Of a stretch of 48,062 bases of DNA, positions 34,364-44,205 are shown piece by piece. The position numbers and the translations under genes were made by a program. The DNA lies in the NCBI GenBank assembly GCA_017610445.1, contig JAFCCB010000004.1, positions 1 through 48,062 on the forward strand, written 5' to 3'. Source of the DNA: Candidatus Dojkabacteria bacterium (GTDB lineage Archaea > Nanobdellota > Nanobdellia > Pacearchaeales > GW2011-AR1). The stretch's first letter is position 1. Each line of letters starts with the position of its first letter. A model generated the notes under the pieces. The model saw nothing but the letters and a program-made list of their open reading frames with translations. It was not told the origin of the DNA and did not search any database.

Positions 34364-35452
34364 TTAATTTCTTACAACATCAATACCTAATTCAGACATT
34401 TCAGGAATAGGTTCTGCCCCATACTCCCCAAGTTTTTGTTTTCCAAGTATATAAGGGCTTGAAACACCTGTCATAATTGTAATAACTCTAACTCTGCCTT
34501 CAAAATCTTTGTTAATACGAGCCCCAATTATCACCTGAGCTTCTGACGCAATGTTTTCAGTTACTAATTTTCCTATCTGACTAAATTCTTCTAACTTCAT
34601 GTCAGGTCCGCAAGTAATATGTATTAAAGCGCCATTAGCACCTTTGTAATCCACGTCTAACAATGGATGTGTTAAAGCCTGCCTAACCGCCTCATTAACT
34701 CTATCACTTGTTGAATCAGATTCACCAATACCAATAACTGCAACCTCACCTTTCTTCATAATTGAAGAAACATCAGCATAGTCTAAATTAATCAAACTTG
34801 GCAAAGTAATTGTCTCAACAATTCCTTTAATCATAGTGCTAATCAATTCATTAGCAACTGCAAATGCCTGTTGTATTGGCAGCTGTCCTGCAATATCAAC
34901 CAGCCTGTTATTATCAATAACAATTGCAGTATCAACCTGATCTCTTAATTCCTGCAAGCCAAATTCTGCCTTGTCTATTCTTGCTTTTTCGCATTCAAAA
35001 GGCATTGTCACAACTCCAATAACAACCGCTCCTGTTTCTTTAGCAAGTTGAGCTATTACTGGTAAAGCTCCAGTAGCTGTTCCGCCACCTTCACCCCCAA
35101 TAACAAAAATCATATCTGCATTAGCAACTGCTTTTTTCAATTCAGAAATTGATTCTTTTGCAGCCTCTCTTCCGATTTCTGCCTTTCCTCCAGCACCTAA
35201 ACCACGGGTTAATTCCTTGCCAATAAGAATCTTCTCATCTGCTTTTGTAATGCTAAGATGCAAAGCATCTGTATTAACAGCATAAACACCAGCCCCACTG
35301 ATTCCTTTATTAAATAGCCAAGTAACTGTATTACAACCAGCACCACCTATACCCAAAACCTTAATATTCGCCTTGCCAGCTTTCAGTCCTTCAAAATTAA
35401 TGCTATGTGTATCAATGTTTTCAATAGCTTCTTTTGTAAAATCTAAAACCAT
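34364..35452 (-). CDS. ftsZ: cell division GTPase FtsZ
   Basis: GIGGAGCNTV and the tubulin signature GGEGGGTATG, with a T7-loop region. Confidence 0.9.
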   Translation of the reverse strand: MVLDFTKEAIENIDTHSINFEGLKAGKANIKVLGIGGAGCNTVTWLFNKGISGAGVYAVNTDALHLSITKADEKILIGKELTRGLGAGGKAEIGREAAKESISELKKAVANADMIFVIGGEGGGTATGALPVIAQLAKETGAVVIGVVTMPFECEKARIDKAEFGLQELRDQVDTAIVIDNNRLVDIAGQLPIQQAFAVANELISTMIKGIVETITLPSLINLDYADVSSIMKKGEVAVIGIGESDSTSDRVNEAVRQALTHPLLDVDYKGANGALIHITCGPDMKLEEFSQIGKLVTENIASEAQVIIGARINKDFEGRVRVITIMTGVSSPYILGKQKLGEYGAEPIPEMSELGIDVVRN

Positions 35453-35666
35453 TTTTCTTTCCTTTATTTAAACCTCCTTTCAAACAGCAACATTTAAATA
35501 ATAGTGTTGCCTTTATTTTATTGTAATTAATATAATTACAGCTAGAAAAAAGAGTCACCTCTTGCAATCACCAATTTTAATGCACTGCAAATGTTCTAAA
35601 ATTGATTATTATAGAAATATCTAAACATTTTTCTTTAAAAACTTTTATGTATTGAAGAATATTAGT

Positions 35667-36272
35667 TCAAATCCTTTTTTTTAATCTCTCAATCTTTTTC
35701 CAAGCCCTTTCAAGCTTATTATTTGCTTCATCAACCACAATTTTCAAAAAATTATCATCAACTAAAACTTTCCCCTCATTCATAATCGGAAAATTTATTC
35801 TTTCAGTAGAATTTAATTCAACCATATTTCTTTTACCACCCATTATCCCAGAATGTTTCCATCCAGCAAGTTTTGCTTTATTAACTAAATCCTGCGCACT
35901 ACTTAAATCAACACAAGCAACATGCAAAATACAACTCGTTTGTTGAAATTCAACTAACTTCCCATACTTAACACTCTTCAAATTTTTCTTCAACTTATCC
36001 AAACTTATTTTATCATGCGTCCGAAAAAGAAAAACATCTCGTGCTTTTTTATCCAAATTTTTAATCAACACAATCCTTCCTGCACAACTTGAAGTAGTAT
36101 AATATTTTTTAGATTTATTCAGTTTATCACAAAGCTCTTTAATTTGAACATCCCATTTTCCAATATTGGATTTATCAATCTTACTCAGTTGTTTCTTCTT
36201 TTGTTCTATAAATTTCATGACTTCATAAATTTTATATACCTTAAATATCTTACCAAAAAATGAGATTAACAT
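35667..36272 (-). CDS. taw3: tRNA wybutosine-synthesis methyltransferase TYW3/Taw3
   Basis: The TTSSCAGRIVL motif and overall length fit TYW3. The start is more likely the internal MKFIEQ at 36218, which removes the overlap with the divergent gene. Confidence 0.65.
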   Translation of the reverse strand: MLISFFGKIFKVYKIYEVMKFIEQKKKQLSKIDKSNIGKWDVQIKELCDKLNKSKKYYTTSSCAGRIVLIKNLDKKARDVFLFRTHDKISLDKLKKNLKSVKYGKLVEFQQTSCILHVACVDLSSAQDLVNKAKLAGWKHSGIMGGKRNMVELNSTERINFPIMNEGKVLVDDNFLKIVVDEANNKLERAWKKIERLKKRI

Positions 36273-36904
36273 TAATTGGGCCTAGAAACATAAAACTTCA
36301 TTATCAAAAATTTCTAAAAATACCCAAACAAAAATTTAATTCAAAGTTAGAACAAATAGCTCAAAGTTTAGTAAACTCTAAAGTAGAAATTGAATGTTTA
36401 CCAGATAGGGGAATTAGTTTTCAAATAGCAAAATTATACAAACAAAAAGGGGGAAGAAAAGTAATAGCTACAATACCAAAATCAGACAAGACTTTTGGAA
36501 TAAAACACTTAAAACCTTACATTAATGAAAAAATAAAAAATAAACCTCTTTTTGATAAAATTATTGATTCAGGTAACTGGTTTAAACATGATATGACCAA
36601 GGCTCTTTTCGGAGACGCGGTTTTATATTTAGGCTCAAGCAAAGGAACAGATTTAGAAAGAAATGGGGCAGAATATTTATATAAATTAATGACTGGAAAT
36701 AAAAAAGGAGTTGAAGTAGCAGGAAAGTTTATTCACCCAGAAATTAAAGCAGGTAAAAATTTCACTATTTTCATTTATTCTCCTTTTTTAAAAAATAAAA
36801 AATTTCCTCCAGAAGATGAATTTTATTCAAAACAATATGGAATAAATTTAATTTATATTAAAAATTCAAAACAATTAGAAAAAGAATTGAAGAAATTTAA
36901 ATAA
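36260..36904 (+). CDS. Rossmann-fold LOG/TIGR00725-like (SLOG) protein, tentative
   Basis: IAQSLVNSKVEIECLPDRGISFQIAKLYKQKGGRKVIATIP and GDAVLYLGSSKGTDLE parallel the GG-x-G-x-M ... GGxGT-x-E layout of LOG-like proteins. Confidence 0.35.
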   Translation: MRLTLIGPRNIKLHYQKFLKIPKQKFNSKLEQIAQSLVNSKVEIECLPDRGISFQIAKLYKQKGGRKVIATIPKSDKTFGIKHLKPYINEKIKNKPLFDKIIDSGNWFKHDMTKALFGDAVLYLGSSKGTDLERNGAEYLYKLMTGNKKGVEVAGKFIHPEIKAGKNFTIFIYSPFLKNKKFPPEDEFYSKQYGINLIYIKNSKQLEKELKKFK

Positions 36905-36906
36905 TT

Positions 36907-38220
36907 TTATTCAAACTCCTTCCCAATTTTCAACAACATTTCATCATTTCCTTTCTTAGCTAAAATCTGAATTCCAACAGGCACACCAGAAATCTTCCCG
37001 CAAGGAATTGAAATTCCAGGAATCTCAGCTAAATTAGCCAAAACAGTCAAACTATCATAATTATACATGTCTTTTAAACTAATTCTCTCTCCAAGCTTAT
37101 GGGGAAGTTTAGGAACAACAGGCATAACAATCACATCAACTTTTTTAAAAGCATTTTCAAATTCTTTTTCAATTATCTTCTTAGCTTTCAAAGCTCTTCT
37201 GTAGTATTTTCCTGCAAACTCTGCCTGAGAAATCTCAGCCCCACCAAAAATCCTCCTCAAAACTTCCTTCCCACAAACATCTTCAATTTTAAATCCATAT
37301 TTTCTGCCATCAAATCTTCTGGTTCCTGAAAAAAATTCAGCATAATTAATAAGATAATATGTTTGCACACCTAAATCAATATAAGCAAGCTTAATATCCC
37401 CCTGCTCCCAACCCTTCTTATTACAAACTTCATTAATTTTATTTTTAACAATTTCCCAAATCTTTTCATCAGCCTCTATTTTCGGCACCCCAATAACAAT
37501 TTTAGATTTAACATTATCAGATTTAAAATCCCTGCTAGTAGCATCTTTTTCATCTTTTCCTTTAATCACATTGAAAACAATCTCTGCATCTCCAACACAA
37601 TTTCCTAAAGCCCCAATCTGATCTAAACTCATACTTAAATCAATCAACCCATATCTTGAAACAGCACCATAACTTGGCTTATAACCAACTACTCTGCAAT
37701 GAGAAGCAGGATTTCTTATACTTCCTCCTGTATCACTTCCTAAACTAAAATCACAAAAACCTGCTGCAACAGAAGCAGCACTTCCTGATGACGAACCACC
37801 AGGAATCCTATCTAAAGCAGAAGGATTTTTACAAACACCAAAAGCACTTGTTTCACCTGACGAACCACAGGCAAACTCATCCATATTCGCCATTCCAATT
37901 ATAACAGCATCTTCTTTCAAAAGTTTGTCAATCACAGTTGCATTATAAGCCCCAAAATAATTTTTCAAAGTTTTAGAAGCACAATTGCAAATCAATCCCT
38001 TAACATTAATATTACTTTTCACAATAACCCCTAAACCAGCTAACTTTCCTTTCTTGCCCTTTTTATCAACACCCTTAGCCTGAACAATTGCATCAGGATT
38101 TAAATGTAAAACAGCATTTATTTTAGGATTGTCTTTCCTGATTTTCAAAATAAAATTTTTAATATTCTGCTCAGCAGATAATTTACCTAATTTAATTTGT
38201 TGCAATTTTTGTTTTATCAT
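36907..38220 (-). CDS. gatA: Asp/Glu-tRNA amidotransferase subunit A (amidase signature family)
   Basis: Amidase signature GGSSSGSAASVAAGF...GSDTGGSIRNPAS; 437 aa. Confidence 0.85.
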   Translation of the reverse strand: MIKQKLQQIKLGKLSAEQNIKNFILKIRKDNPKINAVLHLNPDAIVQAKGVDKKGKKGKLAGLGVIVKSNINVKGLICNCASKTLKNYFGAYNATVIDKLLKEDAVIIGMANMDEFACGSSGETSAFGVCKNPSALDRIPGGSSSGSAASVAAGFCDFSLGSDTGGSIRNPASHCRVVGYKPSYGAVSRYGLIDLSMSLDQIGALGNCVGDAEIVFNVIKGKDEKDATSRDFKSDNVKSKIVIGVPKIEADEKIWEIVKNKINEVCNKKGWEQGDIKLAYIDLGVQTYYLINYAEFFSGTRRFDGRKYGFKIEDVCGKEVLRRIFGGAEISQAEFAGKYYRRALKAKKIIEKEFENAFKKVDVIVMPVVPKLPHKLGERISLKDMYNYDSLTVLANLAEIPGISIPCGKISGVPVGIQILAKKGNDEMLLKIGKEFE

Positions 38221-38438
38221 TTTTACTTATTATCAATATCTCATAATATTTAACACTTTAAAGATAAGTTTTAATAACTTAATTTCCTGTTCTCCACATC
38301 ATAAATTTTAATAAAACATTAATTTATTATAATCAAATTTATCAGATTCTTCCTCATTAAAAACTATACTATTAAAATACCTAATAACAAAATTATTTTT
38401 TAAATGATAATCACTCCTCATTTTATTTTGTGATATTT

Positions 38439-38669
38439 TCATTTCCAACCACCTCTCTCAGCTAGTATAAAATCATCATCATGTTCAGGAGCATTTTGCA
38501 AAAATTTTTTCTTAAAACCAGAATCACACTTTTCTCCCTCACCCTCTTGCCTTTCAAACCTCTTTCTATCAACCCCTATTTTAATTTTTTCAGAATCTAC
38601 TTTAGCTAAAGCAGAAGCAAATTTATCTAAAATTTGTTTTGCTTGTTTTTTAATTTTATCTTTGTCCAT
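38439..38669 (-). CDS. gatC: GatC-like small subunit, tentative
   Basis: 76 aa directly upstream of gatA. The C-terminal LQNAPEHDDDFILAE resembles the GatC tail (nAP-x-x-x-g-F-x-VP). The N-terminal half is divergent. Confidence 0.45.
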   Translation of the reverse strand: MDKDKIKKQAKQILDKFASALAKVDSEKIKIGVDRKRFERQEGEGEKCDSGFKKKFLQNAPEHDDDFILAERGGWK

Positions 38670-38699
38670 AATTAGAAGTAGAATAAGGTATATTTAAAA

Positions 38700-39503
38700 T
38701 TATTGAACACTTATAATAACATAATCACCAGAAGCACCTAAATTAATAACTTCTGTTTTACCAATCTTTGTTCTTCCTTTAGCTTCATGAATATGCCCGC
38801 ACAAAACATATTTAGGTTGCTTCTTCTTAACATAACCTAAAATCACTTTACTCCCTGCATGTTTTCCTAACCATTGTTTAGGAGCCCCCTTAAATCCAAC
38901 TTTATCTAAAATACCATAAAGTGGCTGATGACATAATAAAATATCAAGATTCTTAAAATTACCCAAAATCCTTTTTGCTTTAGCAGTATCTTTCTTAGCT
39001 CTTTTCATTTCCTTATCATAATCTTTAGGCTTAAAATCTCTCACCCAATTTACATCTTTAAAATATTCCAAACCCCCGATCCTAAGCCCCTTGAAATTAG
39101 CAATTTTATTATTAATTATTCTCACACTAGGAATCTTCTTTAAATTATTATACATAAAAGGTAACTCCTTACCAATCCTCTTAGATAATTTTCTTACATC
39201 AGAGTTATAATAATCTGCATTTCCATAAATCAAATAAATTAGGGCAAATTTAGAAAGATATTTTATAATATTCATAGAACTTTTATAATATCCTGCATAA
39301 AATTTCTTTTCTATTGCAGAAGAATATTTTATTTTAGATAATCCTCTTTCTTGTCTTTTAACATTCTCAAAATAAAATTTACGTGCTTCATCTGCTCCTC
39401 CTAAATCTCCAGGCAACAAAATCAAATCAACATCTTTAATTGGAATTTTCTTAATTTTATCTAATGCACCATGTGGATCACCAATCGCCAATATCCTTAC
39501 CAT
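38700..39503 (-). CDS. calcineurin-like metallophosphoesterase
   Basis: Ordered motifs GDPHG, GDLGG, GNADY, CHQP and GHIHE. Confidence 0.7.
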   Translation of the reverse strand: MVRILAIGDPHGALDKIKKIPIKDVDLILLPGDLGGADEARKFYFENVKRQERGLSKIKYSSAIEKKFYAGYYKSSMNIIKYLSKFALIYLIYGNADYYNSDVRKLSKRIGKELPFMYNNLKKIPSVRIINNKIANFKGLRIGGLEYFKDVNWVRDFKPKDYDKEMKRAKKDTAKAKRILGNFKNLDILLCHQPLYGILDKVGFKGAPKQWLGKHAGSKVILGYVKKKQPKYVLCGHIHEAKGRTKIGKTEVINLGASGDYVIISVQ

Positions 39504-39541
39504 AATTAAATTAAAAAATCTCTCCTTTTAAAACTATCCAA

Positions 39542-40822
39542 CTAAGGCGTTAAACGATCTCGATCGCGAGGAAACATACAAGCCTCTCTAATATTATCCA
39601 AACCAAGAAGACATTGTGTAAATCTCTCAAGCCCAATACTCCATCCAGAATGATAAGGTGCTCCAAATTTAAAACTGTCAATATAAGATTTAAAATCCTT
39701 GGGATTTAATCCTTTTTTTCTCAACATTTTTTCCAGCAAAGAAGGAAGATGAATTCTCTGCCCACCAGATGAAATCTCCATTCCTTTATAAAGGGCATCA
39801 AAACCTTCACTAAGTTTAGAGTCAACATTCCCTCCTTTAGGCATAATATAAAATGGTTTTATTTTCACAGGCCAGGAATGCACAAATAAAATCGTGTCTG
39901 GAAATTTTTCATTTAACTTTCTTTCATCTTCAGGAGATAAATCTTCGCCATATTTAATCTTCAACAACTTAACAGTTTTATCATAACTCAGATATTTCAC
40001 TTTTGGAATTTTTAATTTAACTCCAAGCAAATCAAGTTCTTTTTTATTATTTTTAATAATCTCAGAAACAATATATTTAACAGCACTTTCCATTTCTTTC
40101 ATAACTTCTATTTGTCCTGCAAAAGCCATTTCAATATCCATCTGCCTGCATTCATTCAAATGCCTAATTGTATTATGTTTCTCAGCCCTCCAAACAGGAG
40201 TTATTGTCATTGCTTTTTCCATAGAACACGCAACCATCTGCTTATACAATTGTGGCGATTGAGCTAAATAAGCATTTTTTTCAAAATATTTAACAGAAAA
40301 AAGTTCTGTCCCGCCCTCGCTCGCAGAAGAAATCACTGACGGCGGTTGCATTTCAATAAACCCTTTCTTAATAAAATATTCTCTAAAAGCAGTTGTAATT
40401 GTTGACTCAATTTTAAAAATCGCCTGAATTTTTGCCCTGTGTAAATCCAAAAACCTGTAATCTAATCTTTTAGAAAGTTCTGTCTTGCTTCTGTCACCCA
40501 CATCAATCAAAAGTGGCGATTCAGCAAGAGCAATCACTTCAATTTCAGTTGGAATAATCTCTTTTCCACCAGGAGCCTGCTTGCTATCTTTCAAATTCCC
40601 TCTAACTTTAATAACACTCTCCCGAGAAACAGAATCCATTAAATTAAAAACTTTTGCAGAAATCTTTCCTTTCACGCCAGTTATCTGAATTCTTCCACTA
40701 ATATCCCGCAAAATAATAAAGCGAATTTTACTTAAATCACGAATATCATGAACCCATCCATAAACTTCAACTTTCCCTTTTTTTTTAAACACATCTTTAA
40801 TATATGTTCTCATAAAAGACAT
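39542..40822 (-). CDS. aspS: aspartyl-tRNA synthetase, archaeal type
   Basis: N-terminal OB anticodon-binding domain; class II motifs FRAE-like WRAEKHNTIRHLNE, GGQRIH and GLERF; C-terminal FPRDRDRLTP. Confidence 0.9.
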   Translation of the reverse strand: MSFMRTYIKDVFKKKGKVEVYGWVHDIRDLSKIRFIILRDISGRIQITGVKGKISAKVFNLMDSVSRESVIKVRGNLKDSKQAPGGKEIIPTEIEVIALAESPLLIDVGDRSKTELSKRLDYRFLDLHRAKIQAIFKIESTITTAFREYFIKKGFIEMQPPSVISSASEGGTELFSVKYFEKNAYLAQSPQLYKQMVACSMEKAMTITPVWRAEKHNTIRHLNECRQMDIEMAFAGQIEVMKEMESAVKYIVSEIIKNNKKELDLLGVKLKIPKVKYLSYDKTVKLLKIKYGEDLSPEDERKLNEKFPDTILFVHSWPVKIKPFYIMPKGGNVDSKLSEGFDALYKGMEISSGGQRIHLPSLLEKMLRKKGLNPKDFKSYIDSFKFGAPYHSGWSIGLERFTQCLLGLDNIREACMFPRDRDRLTP

Positions 40823-40843
40823 AAAAAAACTAAATTTATAAAA

Positions 40844-41148
40844 CTAATGTTTATTCTTTCTAATAATTGGATGTGCAATTCCCACAAATTTCATTCTTTT
40901 TTCAAAAACATAATGAATAATAAGAGAAATAGCATAAAAAGCAGTAGCAATCCCAAGAAAACTATAAAAGATAGTTACAATCTTCCCAACATTTGTAACA
41001 GGAACAATATCTCCATAGCCAATTGTTGTTGCAGTTATAACAAGAAAATAAGTAGAATCTAAATAACCCATCCTTCAACATCATGATAAACACTAATCCT
41101 AATTATAAATGCTCCAATAAAGAACAATATAACTGCTATTGTATGCAA
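40844..41148 (-). pseudogene. minimal 2-TM potassium channel, split by a 1-nt frame change
   Basis: The 75-aa ORF carries the pore helix, the selectivity filter TATTIGYGD and TM2. TM1 (LHTIAVILFFIGAFIIRISVYHDVEGW) lies upstream in another frame and ends at TAG 41059-41061. One extra G in the GGG run (41067-41069) would fuse them. No ATG is present for the upstream part (TTG at 41148). Confidence 0.6.
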
Positions 41149-41202
41149 CTTAATTTTCAGATTAATTCCCCTTTTGTAGTATCTATATTAAGATTTATAA
41201 AT

Positions 41203-42612
41203 TTATTTAATTAACTTCCTTAAAATAGCATTTGCCTCACTTCCACTAACTTTTCCTTTAAACTTGCTCATTATCAAGCCCATATATGCCCCAATACTCA
41301 AACCAGGTTTTTCTTTAACAATTTTGCTAATCTCTGCTTCAATCTCACCTAAATCAATTTTCTTAATTTTAATTGCATCTTCAAAACTTTTTCCTCTGAC
41401 AATTTCAGTCATCACATGTTTAACATCTGCTCTGTTAATCCTGTTTTTCAAAACAGCCTCAGCAATACCCTCAATAATATCAGCACTAATCTCTCCTTTT
41501 CCTTCATGCCTAATAACCTCTTTTGGAATCTCAACCAAAATTTGATAAATAAACTTCGGTTCATTAATAATCTTCAATAAATTCTCAAACTCAAAAAGTT
41601 TATCATGCTTCAATAAAATCTTAATTTGCTCTTCATTCAGCCCTTTTTTCTTTAATTTTTTTCTTATTTCAGTTCTTAATTCAGGAAGAGTTTTTTTAGC
41701 TTCATCAACAATCTTCCTGCTTATTTTTAACAAAGGCAAATCTGTCTCAGGATACATACGGCTGGCGCCAGGAACAGGCCTTAAAAATTCTGTCTCTCCA
41801 TTAGGCAAAGCATTCCTAACTTCAGATTTCAAATCTTTCTTGCTTTGAATATTTTTCTTCTGTCTTTTAATTTCTTTTTCAATTACAGGGACAAACATCT
41901 TAACATCTTGAAAACCTTTAATCTCTACTCTTGGATGCCCTTCAATAGAAACATTAACATCCTGCCTAATTGTCCCAATCCCTCTTTTAACCCTGCAACT
42001 TCTTAAAACATCACCAATATGCAAAGCAACTTGTTTTGCTTCTTCTGCACTTTTGATATCAGGAGCAGTTCCAATCTCAATTAAAGGAATCCCCAGCCTA
42101 TCTAATCTAAAAATCTTTTTCCCATTTTTTTCTCCAACAATTCTTGCAGCATCTTCTTCTAGGCTAATATTCTCAATCCTTACTTTTCCAAAAGAAGTTT
42201 CAATCTGTCCATTGCGAGCAATTAAAACTGTCCTCTGAAATCCAGAAGTATTGCTCCCGTCAATAACAGTTTTCCTCATTATCTGTGTAATTGGAATAAT
42301 CTCACAATTCAAAAGCAAGGCAACATGCAAACCAATTTCCAATGCTTCCTGATTAATCAAATAAGGAGGCGCCTCATCTAATTCAATTAAACAAGTAGTA
42401 TCATAACCCTGATAAATAAACTCCCTATCTTTTTCTGCCTCATATTTAACAGCAATATCTACTGCACCTGCCTCACCAGCAACAGCATGTAATTTCCGCG
42501 AAACCTCAAAATCCGGCTCATCATTCCTCAGAACAGAAGGACAATCGCAAAACAATTTATGACTATCTAATTGCTGATGAATCTCAAGCCCTGCTTTAAT
42601 CTTCTCACTCAT
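41203..42612 (-). CDS. gatE: Glu-tRNA(Gln) amidotransferase subunit E, short form
   Basis: GLEIHQQLDSHKLFCDC, VIDGSNTSGFQRT, KRGIGTIRQDVNVSI and RMYPETDLP are GatE-type blocks. At 469 aa it is clearly shorter than characterised GatE. Confidence 0.8.
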   Translation of the reverse strand: MSEKIKAGLEIHQQLDSHKLFCDCPSVLRNDEPDFEVSRKLHAVAGEAGAVDIAVKYEAEKDREFIYQGYDTTCLIELDEAPPYLINQEALEIGLHVALLLNCEIIPITQIMRKTVIDGSNTSGFQRTVLIARNGQIETSFGKVRIENISLEEDAARIVGEKNGKKIFRLDRLGIPLIEIGTAPDIKSAEEAKQVALHIGDVLRSCRVKRGIGTIRQDVNVSIEGHPRVEIKGFQDVKMFVPVIEKEIKRQKKNIQSKKDLKSEVRNALPNGETEFLRPVPGASRMYPETDLPLLKISRKIVDEAKKTLPELRTEIRKKLKKKGLNEEQIKILLKHDKLFEFENLLKIINEPKFIYQILVEIPKEVIRHEGKGEISADIIEGIAEAVLKNRINRADVKHVMTEIVRGKSFEDAIKIKKIDLGEIEAEISKIVKEKPGLSIGAYMGLIMSKFKGKVSGSEANAILRKLIK

Positions 42613-42642
42613 AAAACAAACAAAGAAAAAAGGTTAATAAAA

Positions 42643-43464
42643 CTAGTGATTATCTTTCTCAGAATTATTTAAATGTTTAATATCAACTTCCATATAATTA
42701 AGAATATCATCTAAAGCCATATTCACTTTTCCTGCAATAAAATCAAAAAAAGGTCTTTGTTTCTCTAATTTATTATTTTTTAATCCTTGCAAAGCTAAAC
42801 AAAAAACATCCATATATGCTTTTCTTTCTCCAGGATGGATAATTGCAGGAGGAAAACCATAATCATATAAAATCCTGTCTTGAATTAATCTTGCAGTTCT
42901 TTTATTACCATCCCAAAACGGCTGAATTGCCGCTAAATTTAAATGAGTATAAGCTGCTTTCTCAATTGGAAATAAATCCCCTTGTTTAACATTATTCAAA
43001 CATCGACTAATCAAATCATGTATCTCTCTTGGTTTAGGGGGTTGATAGATTCCTGGGAAATTTAAAGAAACATCTCCTGAAGTAAATTCAGGTTGCTTTC
43101 TGTATCCCTTAATATTATTCTTTGGGTCAATTAATTTAGCAACTTTCTTTATATGCTCTTCCTCTAAATTTTTTAAAAAATTTTTCTTTAAAGCAGGATT
43201 ATTAGTAAGATAATACCAGGCATTTTTAATCTGTCTAATCCCTTCATAAACCTTTTTATGAAGTTTTTTAGAACTTTTAATATGGAGATTATCCACAATA
43301 GCATCCTGTATTTCAGGATTTTCTTGATACCAAGAATAAATATCCCCAAGAACCACCAAACTTTCATTAATTTTCAATTGTCTTTTTTTATAATACTCTG
43401 GATTTTCATCTATCTTTTTCTTTTTCTCTTTAATTCTTTTCATTAGGTTTATATCTACTGGCAT
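42643..43464 (-). CDS. Fic/DOC-family protein with a non-canonical active-site motif
   Basis: IQPFWDGNKRTARL aligns with the Fic motif HxFx(D/E)GNGRxxR, but has Gln for the catalytic His and Lys for the second Gly. Confidence 0.65.
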   Translation of the reverse strand: MPVDINLMKRIKEKKKKIDENPEYYKKRQLKINESLVVLGDIYSWYQENPEIQDAIVDNLHIKSSKKLHKKVYEGIRQIKNAWYYLTNNPALKKNFLKNLEEEHIKKVAKLIDPKNNIKGYRKQPEFTSGDVSLNFPGIYQPPKPREIHDLISRCLNNVKQGDLFPIEKAAYTHLNLAAIQPFWDGNKRTARLIQDRILYDYGFPPAIIHPGERKAYMDVFCLALQGLKNNKLEKQRPFFDFIAGKVNMALDDILNYMEVDIKHLNNSEKDNH

Positions 43465-43579
43465 ATCTTAATATGCTCATTAACATATTTAAACCTTTCT
43501 ATTATTAACCACTAAATAGTTACAACTAAATAATAACATCAACCCCAATATATTTAAATCATTTTTTCTATAATAAAAT

Positions 43580-44005
43580 ATGAAAAAAAAGAAAAATCCT
43601 ATTAAAAAAGTAAGAGAAGAAGTTAAAAAAACAATAAGCACATTCCTTCCTAATTATGGGAATAAAAAAACCTTCGGGCAAAAAGCATCAGATATCCTAA
43701 CAAAATCAATGGGAAGCTGGATATTTATTATTCTATTCCTTTCTTTTCTCTTTTTATGGATAATTTTTAACACAGTTTGGTTAGTATTTGGACAAGCATG
43801 GGATATAAAACCATTTATTATGTTAAACCTTACATTATCATGTTTAGCTGCAATTCAAGCCCCAATAATCTTAATGTCCCAAAATAGAGAAGCGCAAAAA
43901 GACAGATTAAAATCAAAATATGATTATCAGGTAAACAGAAAAGCAGAAAGAGAAATTGAAAAAATTCAGGAACAACTTAACAGAATTGAGAAAAAATTGA
44001 GATAA
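43580..44005 (+). CDS. DUF1003-family membrane protein
   Basis: FGQKASDILTKSMGSW, two TM helices, then PIILMSQNREAQKDRLKSKYDYQVNRKAEREI, the pattern I associate with DUF1003. Confidence 0.55.
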   Translation: MKKKKNPIKKVREEVKKTISTFLPNYGNKKTFGQKASDILTKSMGSWIFIILFLSFLFLWIIFNTVWLVFGQAWDIKPFIMLNLTLSCLAAIQAPIILMSQNREAQKDRLKSKYDYQVNRKAEREIEKIQEQLNRIEKKLR

Positions 44006-44205
44006 AAAATACTTCTTACATTTAAAATTATGAATTTCAATAATTCTTTGATTATCAAAAAAATCAGTTTTTTAGAAGGGGGTATCAATAACCTGCAAAA
44101 CTTTAAGTTGTGCAGATGAAAACCTTAAAATCTGTTATGCATAATTAAAATTGTAAAAAGACACTAAAAAAGCACTACATCTTAAAAAAATTTTTAAATC
44201 AAAAT

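Noticed and set aside
36218-36272. A 13-nt head-to-head overlap of taw3 and the divergent LOG-like gene as an unusual arrangement.
   Set aside because: An internal Met (MKFIEQ, 36218) gives a normal TYW3 N-terminus and leaves a 41-nt spacer containing a tttatata box that could serve both leaderless genes. The overlap is probably an ORF-calling artefact.
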